In this document: positions 36,730 through 49,912 of the stretch, in pieces
Position numbering within the stretch: position 1 is the stretch's first letter
How the letters are laid out: every line of letters starts with the position of its first letter
NCBI GenBank assembly: GCA_002633005.1
Contig: NMRA01000763.1
Coordinates: forward strand, 95,542 to 159,541
Source: Phoronis australis
Taxonomy: Eukaryota > Animalia > Phoronida
Length of the DNA stretch: 64,000 nt
Direction of reading: 5' to 3'
Notes under the pieces: model-generated
The model's input: only the letters and a program-made list of their open reading frames with translations
Told to the model about the DNA's origin: nothing
Databases searched by the model: none
Program-made: the position numbers and the translations under genes

Positions 36730-39700
36730 ACATCAGGATGACCACCAACATATGGATCAGAACAATGGTTCCCGTGGTCGTTAACTGCCTTGGTAGATTT
36801 ATCAATTAATCTCGAAGTGTCAACTTTAAAACAATAGTTGATTTGCCGATACTCTGAAAATTTAATTACTGCACGTTTTTGTCTATTTGCACGCCGTACC
36901 CATACATAAACGACAAGCTGCGACCCACGGATAACAAAGACGGAAGAAAGGTAGAAGACAAAAATTATGAAGATAATCTACCAGGGGTTCATGTAATCTA
37001 CGTTGCTTGGGTGTCATAATGTATTAGTATAAATAGGGTACAGCTCGATACTCCAAAGGTTCACAACTTAGAACTCTCATAATACCACAAATGAATAAAA
37101 AGGCATTATAAGGCCAGAAAGTTCACAAATCCGACAAAAAGAAAAACTAGTTAGTTCGAAACTAGTCTGAAGGTCTATGACGCCAGAAACCAGCAATTCA
37201 AAGTCAACGACAGCCAAGCAGCAAAATTTTGGCGGCGATAAATCGTACTTCGAACATGTAAATAACTACAGCAACTCAGTGAATCGCCCAACTTCATGTT
37301 TGGGTCCCGTTCTGAGAGGCACAGACTCTTAGAAGAACAAGTTTCAAGCAGCCGTGTGCAAATAAATTTCTGAACGTTTTGCTCAAAATCACTGTTCGGA
37401 CCCTAATGTCATGAAAGTTCAAATTTATAACCTTCGCTGGGTTTTCGTAATTGTGTGGATAAGTCTTCAGATTTATGGATTTTTAGACTTGCAAACCTTG
37501 CGACCCATGAATACCTTAATTTCATATAAACTCTGTACACATTCTTTCTCACTTGAAGTTTTCAATAGGGCTAAAGATATGGTGACGTTCAGCTGTAAAT
37601 CAGTATCCTGGCAGTTACCGGTTTTGGCTACATACATGTATGTGTACTCATTTGAGCCATCAAAACTTGATCGATCACTTGTTTTATTTGGAAAAGCGAA
37701 GTGAAAAATCTACTTCAGGAATACGTCTTTATTCAAGTACACGGTTTCACAACTAGTTTCAGTGCAGTCTCTCAAAAATTGCGTTGGTAATTGTATAACT
37801 GGGAGATCTTGTCAATATAAAATACACTATAGGCTCTCAGTTCGGGTCGCCTGTATTATATTCCTTCTCGGAAGTGATCTACATTTACTCTTAATTGTTG
37901 TATTTTATTTGAGCGACTTTGTCATTTGTTACTGTAAATAGCTGGGCTTTGTTTATCATTAAAAGGATACCAAACTCGGTTTTGGCATACTTACACATAC
38001 TAAAAACGACTTCCCCCATCCAGTTCTCTGAAACAAAATAATTCTTTGTAACTTATCGCTTACCCTCAAAAGTCTTTAGGAAATTTTGAAAACTTCTAAC
38101 AAATACTGCTAAACGGGAAAGCGTGACCTACAGTACGCTTTTAGAAAGTTACACAGCACCTTTGGAAAAGGTCACCCGTCAAGGACCACAACGTGCAATT
38201 TATGTGATAGGAAGTATAAGTTTTTCAGTTGGTTCCTGCTTTTATTTTGGAAGACTGACACTAAAGATGCAAAGCAGGTGACAGAAAGTGGATTGAATGA
38301 CATCATCAATATAAGGTTTATCATCCTTACGGGACTATACAGGACCACGACGTCACGACGGGTTACAGTGCATCAAAAAGCTCCTACAGTGCCACTAATA
38401 CGACTGAAAACAGTGTTGAAAACTGTATTACCGTTCAACTTTCATGAGAAAAAAGCATTTAAAATGTTTTACACTTTAGTTACAAGTTTGTTGGGGCATC
38501 GTTTTACTTTCCTAACCAAGTTTCTTTCAATGTATACTTCACAAAAAGAAATACACACACCTCGGCTCATGTACGTTGAATTCGTCCTGGAAGGTTGGTT
38601 GGACTTTATTGCCAAGTATGCGATTTTAGCTAATTTTTTTACAAAATTAAATATTTTAACTCCTTAAATGTTTATATTATCGGAAACTAAAAACCCAAGT
38701 AGTATTTGAAATTTCGATTTTTACTTGTCTGATATTCATAATGATTTCCCCACAAGAATATTTCCCTTAAGTAAAATTTAGCGAAAAAGAAAAGAAAAGC
38801 ACAGTAATAGCAAAACAACGGTATCGATAACAAGTTCGAATTTCATTTGATGAAAATGCTCCAAGACGTGATCTCAAAAAACAATGTTCTCAAATATCAT
38901 GATTTTATTTTGAATTCGTTTTGTAAACGGTGTTTAAATCCTTGGATTTGGAAGTTTTACATAAATCTGAGCAGCTATTTCTGAGATATAAAACTTAAAA
39001 TTTGGGGAAATGTACACGATTTTGAAGCTTCAAAGTTAGAGAAATGTTGACGTTTTTTCTATGGTCATACAGGTCCTCGCCACAAGTGGCAGTGCACCCG
39101 GCCAAGATGTCGCTGAACCCCCAACACAAAATGGCACCAGAGTCGGAAAGATAAAAAATCCCAGGAGTTACCTCTTACTTGAAGGCGTGCACCATGAGAT
39201 CCTGTCTTACCCGATACACGAACGGGGGATAGAGGTGTCTAACTTTCGTTATTGATAACATTTTTGTTTGGCTGACACAGTTACAGTTACCCACCTGTGA
39301 CAAATGTATGGTGTCCAGATCATTGTGTTGTACTCGAGTATTAGTGTTTGGGTTGCGATGACGCACATGTACTTCGAATAGATAAAGCTTTCCATCTATC
39401 ATATCTATTACCATTTGCTTGCACTAAGCGTTTGTTGCTTGTCTTGCTGGTACATTCGCGTTGACGCTAACACTCTTCTTAATCGCTACTAACAATTGCA
39501 CTAACATACTAACACCAATCCTAACATAGCAAGAAATACAGCATGAATAAATCCAAACGACGTTCAAGGTCACAAAATGCATGCTGAGTGGTGTTATTTG
39601 AATTCCTTTCCAAATGCCAAGATCAAATGGAGCTGAACAGTGGTTCCCGTGATCGATTACTACCGTGGCAGAGATGAGGATTTTTTAATTATTTTCCGAA

Positions 39701-40216
39701 TGGCAAATTGAAAACAATAGTTGATTTATCACTTGTTTGTAAATTTTATTAATGAACGTTTTCGTTTATTTATTTACCATGCCCACGCCACAACGATACG
39801 ATTCGACTCACCGATAACCAAGACGGAGGAAGAAGCACGAAAGACTGAGAATTAACAACCGAAGACTAAAATTAAGAAGGAAATTTAAAGTAGCTTGCAA
39901 GTCACAGTACATTAGTATAAATAAGATGGAGCTCGATACTCCGAAGGTTCGCAAGCCTGAATGCAAGTTATGTAACATTGAATGATTTTTTTAAAATACC
40001 CTATCAGGCATATCAAACTGATAGTAAAACAACCAATATTCTTTCAGACTTGTGTTGATCTTCGGATTTATTTATTTGTCGACTTGTAAACTTTCGGAGC
40101 CATGAATTCCGTTATTTCTACCTTCCGCCGACAACTGTTCTCACTTGCAGTTTTCAATTCAGATCATAACAGTTCATTGTTTCGAGGGGATTAACTTCTC
40201 TCGAACTTGATTATAG

Positions 40217-41778
40217 TTTTTATGCGCAAACGTATTTATATGTGGACTTATTATGCCGTCATCTCCGTCCATCCGTTCGGAGTCCGGAGTCGGCGTCCGC
40301 TCCAAAACGCCTGGAGGTATGTCCAGGAAGTTTTGCACATGTGTTTCTTCCGTGGATGTGACGGCATGAGCGAACTTTCATTCCGATCCGACTGTGGGTA
40401 GGACCCCTAGTGGCAATTTTAGTTTTTTACGTTTACCTCTGTAACTTCAAAATTCCTGAACAGATTTTCATAAAAATTGGTACATAGGCACCTATCAATG
40501 AGATTAGGCTAACTTTCCGTTTTCAGATGCATTTGACGTAATTTGCGCCACTTAGTGGCCATTTTTAGTGTTTTCGAGTTTGTTTTTTGCGTCCACCCCT
40601 CTATCAACCAAACCGCTCAAAGGATGATTGTGAAAATTGGCATGTATGGCGATGATTTTCCGACGACTTCGACTATTATGGCACCTCCTAGCCTAGGCAG
40701 TTTTTTTGCGCCTATGGCTGCATGTCCTCTGTGTTTTCAAACGTCCTCAACGTATTTTCATAAAATTTGGCATACACACATCTGTTAATTAAGTGACGCT
40801 ATCTCTCCGTTTTCAGACGGATTCGACCTAGTTTGCGCCATCTATTGGCCATTTTTACAGTTTTCGAGTCTGTTTTAGGCCTCCAGTCATCTATCAACGA
40901 AACCGCTTTCAGGATAATTGTGTATGTGGCATGTATGTTTTTACTATAAAGTTGACGGCTGACGATGGTTATCCGACGATTTTGACTACTGTGGCGCCTC
41001 TCAGTGGCACTTTTGTTTTTTTTTGCACCCATGACTGTATCTCCTAAACCGTTTGCAGGATCTTTATTTAATTTAGCGAGTGTATTTATATGATGTTGAC
41101 AACGGACGACGACGACTTTCGGACGGATCTGACTACTGGTGTGCCCCCTAGTGGCAATTTTAGTTTTTTACGTTTACCAGTATGTACCTTCAAAGGTTCT
41201 CAACAGATTTTCATAAAGTTGTGAATATAGGCATCTATGTTTTTTGATGAAATTGAGGTATTTTGCTCGACCTAGTGGCCGTTTTTGCTGTTTTCAAATC
41301 TTGTTTTTGGCGTCCACCCTTCTATCGACGAAATCATTCTAGGGAAAGTTTTGAAAATTGGCGTATATGTTTTCAGTGCGAAGAGTACGTTTGATGATGG
41401 CAACTGACTAGTGTGGCGCCTCCTAGTAGTAGTTATGTTTTGTTTTGCACTCATAGCTATATCTCCTAAACCCACTCCAGGATCTTTATTTAATTTAGTA
41501 AGTGTATTTATATGAAGATAACAACAGACGACGACTTTTAGGCGGATCCAACGAACGCTGTGCCCACAAGTGGCAATTTCCTGTTATTTTGTTTTCCTTT
41601 GTTTCTCTGAAGTTCCTTGACAGATTTCTATGAAATATGGCATGCTCCCGTTTTTTGGATGGATTGTACGTTTTTGCGCCATCTAGTGGCCATTTTTATG
41701 ATACAAATAAATAACCCTAAAAGCACACCATTTGCGATGCATTCGTGGGTGCATTTTAACGCTCCGCGTTGCTCTTGT
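40217..41778 (+). mobile_element. DINE-1/HINE-like element with internal tandem cores
   Basis: Starts TTTTTATGCGC..TATTTATATGTGGAC and ends GTGGGTGCATTTT-AACGCTCCGCGTT-GCTCTTGT. Inserted into a T-run. Recurrent gcgccaYYtagtggccattttt cores. Confidence 0.75.
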
Positions 41779-42201
41779 TTAGGGACTTGTTCTTTCGTCA
41801 AACTACTGGCTGACCAATATATCATTAACATGGGAGATTTTACATAAATCTGAACTGTTATTTCTAAGATATCAACCTTTAAAATAAGAGTAATGTGGAC
41901 ACTTTCTAGGGCCACGCAGCATCCGAAGTACCAGGACACTGTCCTTGCCACCACTGACAGCGAACAAAAATGTCACTGAACCGTCACCATGTAATGACAC
42001 CAGAACAGGAGAAGTAAAAAATCCAGGAAATTGCCTCTTTCTTGAGGGCGTACGTCATGACATGCTGTCTTACCCGATACGCAAGGTACGACTGAGGTGC
42101 GTTACTTTCGTTATTGATAACATTTTGGACTGGCTGACACGTGCAGTTACAGTTCTTCACCTGTTACAACACTGTGATGTCCAGGTCTTTGGAATAGATT
42201 T

Positions 42202-42545
42202 CTGGGCCCGGTCTCCAATCTTTTTACTCGAAATGGAACTGGAAATTTGGTTTGGCATTTTCTACTCTACTTTTGGGCGAACTCAAGATAAGTGTCTATT
42301 ATTCTATGCTCGAGTACACAAAAACTTACGTAGATAATTCATTGCCCTTAGTTCACAGTTTGTAAACCCAATATTAAAGCAATAAGTTCGAGTTTGAACT
42401 CTAAATTTCGAGTTTTTACTCGAGTTTGTAGCCCGAATATAAGGGTGTTCAAGGGCAAACTTGAACTAGAAACTCCTATGCATAAACTATAATGTATTCG
42501 AGCACAGTCTGATAACCAGTTATCTTAAGTTCGCACTAAAGGAGC
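42202..42545 (+). mobile_element. Truncated Harbinger/Tourist-like MITE
   Basis: Starts CTGGGCCCGGTCTCCAATCT, the same terminus as the element at 59811. Confidence 0.55.
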
Positions 42546-43747
42546 AGAGAAATTGCCAAAAATACTGTTAGCTGTATTTTAGTTGTACTTACTCTGGGTT
42601 CTCCTCATATATCAATGCTTTGGCCGTGATGATGCTCATTTATTCCAATAGATAGACTGTAGATCTGTCCATCTATCAATTGCAGTTTCATTCGCTTGGA
42701 CTAGACGTTTGTTGCTTTTCTTGCTTGTCCATTAACGTTGATGCAAACACACATTCTAACCCCACCAAATTTCCAATAAAATACTAATACCAGTCCTAAC
42801 AAACCTAAAAACATCACCAATTAATCCAACTGACGTTCGAAGTCACAAAATGCATGCTGAATGTCATTATTTGAATTCCTCTACAGATGCCACAACGGGA
42901 TGGAGCTAGGCTGTGGTTCACGGTATCAATTACTGGCGGAGTAAGGACAAGGATTTTCAACTGATCGGCGTATGAGAAATTGAAAACAGTTTATTTGGCG
43001 ATTGTTTGTAATTTTTTTTCAATACACAATTTGTGCGTTTACACGCAGTACCCGTACACCAGCAATACGCTGCGATCCTCGAATAACCAGAACGGACGAA
43101 GCAGTTCTTCAGACGAAAATTATGAAGGTAAACTGTTGTTTCTTGGGTTTCATACTGCATTAAAAAGGGTGAAGCTCAATACCTTTAAGGTTTTCAAATC
43201 TGTGCCAATTATACGACAAACGAAAATGTTTACAAAAAGCCCTACCGGGCCACAGGTTCACAAACTCGACAAAAAGCTTATTAGTTCGAAAACAGTTCGA
43301 CAATTAAAGAGACCAGAAAACAGTGATTCAAATTTCAACGACAGAAGAGCAACAAAATTCTAGTCCCCGTACTCCAAAAGTTGAAAATGTTAATAAAAGC
43401 GACAGTTCAGTGCACTTTGTCAAACTTTGTTTGGATGCTTTACCAAGGCACTGGCTCTTGGAAGAATTGGTTCCAGGGAGGCACGTGCTTACACATCACC
43501 AAACATTTTGTTCGAAATCACTGTTCAGGACCTCATAACATGAAATTTCGAATTTTTAGCTTTCGAACTAATGGTCTCTCTGACTAGAAAGGATATTTGA
43601 ATTGATGAATTTGTTTACTTGCAAACCTTTGGAGTCATGAATACCGCGATTTCATAATTTTGGCCTGCATTTTTTTCATTTGAAATTTTCAAATCATATC
43701 ATATCATTTCATTTTTTCTACGGGGTTGGCTTCCTTTTAACATTATT

Positions 43748-43898
43748 GTACTTTCTGTAGCACACCCTTGACAAAGAGCTCATCGCTCGAAACGTGGGGA
43801 TATTTCAATATATTTTAGTACCGACGCTCGTCGTTTTAGTTTTACTAGTATATATTCTTATCCGTCGGTAACTGCACGGCATTTCAACATCTATTTGA
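43748..43898 (+). mobile_element. Short insertion with 10-bp TSD carrying a Penelope-type minimal hammerhead-like motif
   Basis: TAACATTATT at 43738-43747 and 43899-43908. Empty site in the sister copy at ~44750. Motif CCC-TTGACAA-A-GAGC-tcatc-GCTC-GAAACGT-G-GGG. Confidence 0.6.
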
Positions 43899-46026
43899 TA
43901 ACATTATTCTATGCCTTTTAGATACTTGGCCTTTCGTCAAACTATTTGACATTAGCTGACTAGTACACCATCTACATGCGAGATCTGACATTGGGAACAG
44001 TGACAGTATACCAATATTTCTGTAGGACCACTGACAAGAATCACACCAGAGGCAAAAGGTATGTTTTCCTCTATTGACACGTCATACCCATACCATACCT
44101 AAAAAATAACCTTAGATCTTCGTTAAACCAAAAAAGAAGAAAGATTTAAGACTAAAATTATGAAGGTAAAGTATCGTTGCTTGGGTTTCATACTGCAGTG
44201 TACCATAAAGGTTTTCAGATCAGTGGCCATAATACAACAAATGAAAATTCATTGAAAAAGCCCTATCAGCCTGAATGTTCGCAAATTCGACAAAAAATGT
44301 TAGTGTGAAAATAATTCGACGATCTGAGAGACGAGAAGTCAGTGATTGAAAGTTAATGACAAAGGATCTGCAACATTTTAGAGGCTACAAACCAAAAAAT
44401 GAAAATTAAAATGAAAGCGACAATTCAGTGCACATTGCCAAACGTTGTTTGGATACTTTACCAAGGCACTGGCTGTTTGAAGAATTCGTTTTAAGAAGCC
44501 ACGTGCTTACAACTCTCCAAACATTTTGCTCGAAATCACTGTTCAAAATGCCTCGTGACATGAAAATTCGAATCTTTTGTTTTCGAACTAATGGTCTTTC
44601 GGGCTTGTGTGGATATTGGTGGATGTATTTACTTGCTTGTCCTTGAAAACAAGGAATACCGGTATTTCATAACTTACCCACACTTTTTCTCACGTGTAGT
44701 TTTCCGTTCAGATCACGTGATTTCATTGTGTCCAAGGGGTTGGCTTCCTTTTATCATTATTTTAGGGCTTTTAGGTATTTGGCCTTTCGTCAAACTATTT
44801 GACTTAGGCTGACCAGTATACCATTAACATGCGAGATCTGACATTGCGAGCAATGACAGTATACCAAAAGTTCTGCAGGACCACTGACACGAGTCGCACA
44901 AGAGTCAAGGTTCCGTTAACTTGTAAACATCATAGAAGCTTCTAGGTTTTACTACATGTTTGTGCTCCTTTGTGTCATCAAAACATGACCGACATTTTTT
45001 CGATATGGAAAAGGGAAGTGTAAAATCTACTAGCCAGTCATTCAGGCATAAATGTATGTCTGTTAATGCACAATGACTCACATCTAGTTTCAAGGCATGT
45101 CCTCTTAAAAACCATTAAAACATAGCAAAAATCGAAGATCCATTGTTGATTAAACAACCGTGTCAAAACATGATCGAAAATCATTTGATGAAAAGTTTCG
45201 AGAAGTGATCTCAGAAACAATGTTGATGTTTTAAATTGTGATTATTGCACTTTCGTTTTGTGAAAGACGTTTAAATCCTAGTATGTGAACGTTTTACATA
45301 AATCTGAACTGCTATTTCTGAGATAGCAACCTTTGAATCAAGAGAAATGTAGACGCTTTTTCTAGGGTCATACAGGATCTGAACTAGAAGGATCTTGACC
45401 TCGCCACCACTGGCAAAGGACTAAAGATGTCGCTGAACCACCAACTCAAACAACCCCAGAGTCGGAAAAATCCCGGAAATTGCCTCTTCCATTAGGACGT
45501 GCGCCATAAGATGCTATCTTATCCAAAGTACAAAAGACGATAAAGGTGTGTAAATTTCGTTATTAAAACGTTTTGGACTTCCTGGCATGTGCAGTTACAG
45601 TTCTCCACCTGTGACAACCGTGTGCTTTCCAGGTCGCTGTAAAATATAGTGTTGGCTGGTTTTTAATTGCACGATAAAAGCTTAGGCCGTTATGACACAC
45701 TTTTAATCCCATGGACAGATCTGCCCATTTATCAATGGTATTACCATTCGCTTGGATTAGAGGTTTGTTAGTTTTCTTGCCTGTGGGTTTGTGTTAACGA
45801 AAACGCACTTTCCAATCCCGCCCAACAAAGCACTAACATGCAAACACAATCCCTAACATACGAAGAGATACATGTTCACCACAAATTAATCTAAATGGCA
45901 TTCAAGGTCGCAAAAGCCATGCTGAATGGAATATTTGAATCTCTGTGCCGATGCAGAAGCAAGATGAAGCTGAGCAGTGCTTCCCGTGGTCGATTCCTGC
46001 CTGTGTAGGGAGAAAGATTTTTCAAT

Positions 46027-47538
46027 AGCGGATTTGCAGCGCAGACGAACTACGCATTGCGCATGTGCGAGATACTTCCTTCGCTAAGGCTCATGGGATA
46101 GCTTGTGGTCAGGCATGTCTTGAGCAGGCTAGATAGTGTGTGCATTTTGAGCGATTTGCAAACTAAATACCATGTTTCATTTTTTGCTTTATAATACCAA
46201 GCAAGTCCTCTCTCTCGTTTGTAAACACAGCGTAGCTATGATCAGTGACCGTGTGACCTAGAGCACGACTGTCGCCGTGTTCAGTATTGGGGTTATCGGC
46301 GTTGATTTCGAAATCTCCTCCTATTTCAGACAAGTTGAGAGTTCTTGGGTTGCTTAACTTTTGTAGCTTTCGTCGTGGATATGCTAGAGACGTTAATTTT
46401 AAGTGGAAACTCCGTCGGAATGTTGTTCTCATAAGTCTTTTTTCCACCAGGAAAATGTTCGCTGCACACACGATGGCCCCTAGGCAATTACATCGCATTG
46501 GATGCCGGCCGCAGGCATTCAGGAGCGATAGTACATCCTCACAAAAAGTTACCCATTTCAAACTTAGATACAGCAAATAAAATCAAATGAACCCGGCATA
46601 CATATAGGAACACGGAGTTATAATTAACACATACCACGACTCTGGATACAATTTAGTCAGCAAAACTTGAACGAATCGATGAAAATCTGTCGCGGTTTGT
46701 TCGAGTTTCTCTCAGTCACGGTTACCGGGTGCCATTTTGAGGAAGTTACGTGAAATTACGCATGTTGACGAATAAAAAGTCCAAGGGACACACATCTTAC
46801 AAGTTTCACCCGATACCTTCTCATGCTATTTTACAAGTGTCGCGCGCTAGCGTCACGCGCTTCGCTCAGTCTAACCTTGCGCCTAACTCACGGGATTCAG
46901 TTGACATGCTTTGTAGTTATCGCGCACGCGGTGATAAAATTAACGGCAACCAAAAAAGTGGAGTTGTAATTCTTCGCCAAAGTCAACTTAATTCTCACAA
47001 CTAAGCTTCATTAAAGATATGTATAGAAGTAGAAAGGACCAATGATGAAAGTAAGCGTTTTTTAAATGATAGTTTTAAGTGTAGAGTGTATTTTTGACGA
47101 GGTGAAAACTCGAAATCGGTAACCCAAATCCGGTCACGGCCCGTTTAAAATACACTGGAGTAACGAAATGAGTACAGAAAGCGAATGGAAGTATTGTAGC
47201 CCCTACATGGCCAACCGAGGGGCTACGTGTTGCCTACTAGATGGCCCCGCGTTCGTTTGAATGCGCTAAATTTCCCCTTACTCCCAGGTCTCCTAATGTT
47301 GTTTATCCATTTTTCACAAAGTTCTTGGTTTGCAGGGAACACATACAAACTCAGATTTTTATCTCTCTTGTTGTTTTTGAAGCAGCCAGGAACACAACAA
47401 GTGTATCCGCCGTAAGTTTTCTTCGCGCTCATACCGCGTATTATGCTTGTTACTATGGCCGCTTTCGGAATCCTGACCACAGCACCCACAATGCACCATT
47501 TTAACCTAATTTCAATATGGCGTCGCTGCAAATCCGCT
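46027..47538 (-). mobile_element. ISL2EU/Harbinger-group-like DNA transposon with AT TSD and decayed THAP zinc-finger ORFs
   Basis: Perfect TIR AGCGGATTTGCAGCG / CGCTGCAAATCCGCT flanked by AT. Empty site gattttcaa-c-tgatc at ~42955. THAP motifs TCCVPGC..LYVFP..KWINNIRR (47430-47230) and GHRVCSEHFPGG..IPTEFP plus DHSY (46490-46200). Confidence 0.8.
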
Positions 47539-48479
47539 ATTGATCTGCTTACTGCAAGTTGAAAGCAATTGATTGGTCGATTGTTTGTAAATTTTATCAA
47601 TATGCGTTTTTTCCTATTTACATGTACACGCCATACCCATACCCAAAGATAACCTTCGTTTAACCAGAACGAAAGAAGATTTAAGACGAAAATTATAAAG
47701 CTATAGTATCGTTACTTGGGTTTCATACTACAGTGTGTACAGCTCAATACCTTGAACATTCTCAAATCCCTACCCATAATACAACAAATAAAAACATTTT
47801 TAAAAAGGTGCTATTAGGCCGAAGGTTCACAATTTCGAGAAAAAGGTTATTAGTTCTAAAACAGTTTGACAAGGACAAGGTCTTTTCAATAGATGTGCGT
47901 GTGGTTAATTGAAAACAGTCCATTATTCGATTATTTGTAAACTTTATCAATGCATGTTTTGCCTATTTACAAGGTCCAACAATAACCCCATGACCCTCGG
48001 ATAACCAAAACGAATTCCGAAAGATTTAAGGTGCAACTTATGAGGGTAAATTATCATTGCTTGCGTTTCATATTGTATTTACTATAAATAGTGTACAGCT
48101 CAATATGTTGAAGGTGGTCAAATCCGTACCCGTAATACGGTAAACGAAAACGTTATTAAAAAAATCATATGAAATTGCTTGTTGAACAACGGTTTCAGTA
48201 ACTTAATCTAAGTTTATTAGGTGAAAACTTTTGAGATGTGATCTTAGAGACACCGTTGATGACATAAAATATGATCATTTCATTTTTGTTTCGTGAACGG
48301 AGTTTAAATCACAGTATTTGAAAGTTTTACCTAAATCTGAACTGCCATTTCTGGACTTTTTTCTAGGGTCATACAGGATCTTAACTAGCAGGACCCTGGC
48401 CTGAACCTCACTGTCAATGAACCAATGATAGCATTGAACCATCACCTTAAAATGACACCAGAGTCGAAAAGGTAAGAAA

Positions 48480-48711
48480 AGAGGAGGCAGTGTGGCCTGG
48501 TTGATAAGTGCCCGCTTTCTTTACTCGAGGTCGTGGGTTCGAGTCCCACCACGTCACACTGCTAAGAGCCAGGTTTCTAGCTCCTCTGCTCGGTTTTAAC
48601 CACATATTAATAAAGCATAAAATTATTTTCAGATGATCAGCGCAATGGGCCCACATGCGAGGCCTGCGCACGTGTGGTACAACGTGTATCAGACCGCCTG
48701 CAATTACTTTA
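48480..48711 (+). mobile_element. tRNA-derived SINE with 13-bp TSD
   Basis: A-box TGGCCTGGTTG and T-arm/B-box GTGGG-TTCGAGT-CCCAC. AAAAGGTAAGAAA duplicated at 48467-48479 and 48712-48724. Confidence 0.85.
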
Positions 48712-49049
48712 AAAAGGTAAGAAATCCCGAAAATCGCCTCTTTTTTGAGGGCGTGCACCATGAGATGGTATCAAGGTTCCGTTCACTTGTAAATATCATA
48801 GAATCTTCTGGTTTTTACTAAACGTTTGTACTCATGTGAGTCATCAAAATATGACCGACACTTCTTTAACTTGGAAAAGCGAAATAAAAAATTTAGTCGC
48901 CAGTCATTCAGGCATCTGACTTTATTGATTTACACTGTTTCACACCTGATTTCAGGGCACAGTTTCTCAAACACCATAGAATTTAGTACAAAAAACAAGT
49001 GCACATTGATAGTAAGGCAACGGCATTAACAACAAGACAGAAGTGAGTG

Positions 49050-49912
49050 TTTGTCATCTCTGCCTGCCCGGTTGTGCGGGCGTCCGGGATACGGCGTCCA
49101 CAGCTGTATCTCTTAAATCTTCACAGAACCTTGATGAGATTTGGCAGATGTGCTTCTATAAGGCTGACGACAGTTGACGACGAATTTCGGACGGATCCGC
49201 CCACCGGTGGAACTGTTTTCGTTTATATCTGTTTCTTCAAAGGTCATCAGATTTTCATAAAACTTGGCTCATGGGCCAATAAGATGACGCTATCTTCTTT
49301 CAGATGACACCTAATGGCAAATTTTACTGTCCTCTAGTATATTTTTGGCCCCTCCATCAATCAAACCACTCTAAGGATGATTGTGAAAATTGGCATATAT
49401 GTTCTTACTGTGAAGAAGGCAGCTGACAACGGCTTTCCGACGACTTCGACTACCGTGACTAGTGGCATTTTCGTTTGATTTTGCGCCCAGCCCATGGCTC
49501 TGCAAAATCTTATTAAATTTAGCAAGTATCTTTATATTAAGTTGAAAACGGATGACAACGATTTGCGGACGGATTGGACTACGGTGTGCTTCCTAGTGAC
49601 TATTTATTTTTTTTAAGTTTACCTAAAGTCTGTATATTCAAAGGTTCTTTGACGGATTTTCATAAAATTTGGCAGATAGGCATATATTAGTGAAATGGTG
49701 CCTATCTTTCATTTCCCGATGGATTGGGAGTATTTTGCGGCACCTTGCGGCTATTTTTTACTGTTTTTTAGTCTTTTTGTCGTCCGCCCCTCTCTCAACC
49801 AAACCACTCTATGGATGATTTAAAAAATTTCCATACATGGTTTTACTGTAAAAAGGTCGGCTCACGGTCTTGTCCCGACGAAATTAACTAGTGTGGCGCT
49901 TCTTGGTGGCAA
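49050..49912 (+). mobile_element. Truncated copy of the DINE-1/HINE-like family
   Basis: Shares gtcatctc.., aggatgattgtgaaaattggcat and ccgacgacttcgacta blocks with 40217-41778. Confidence 0.65.

Noticed and set aside
43323-44650. LRR/Toll-like reading of the array (LEELV..., KIRIFCFRTNGLS)
   Set aside because: The frame is not conserved between units, and the segment lies inside the nested inverted-repeat element. Likely coincidental.
48484-48556. tRNA gene
   Set aside because: The T-arm is good, but there is no paired acceptor or anticodon stem. It is followed by a body sequence and flanked by a 13-bp TSD, so it is a SINE head.
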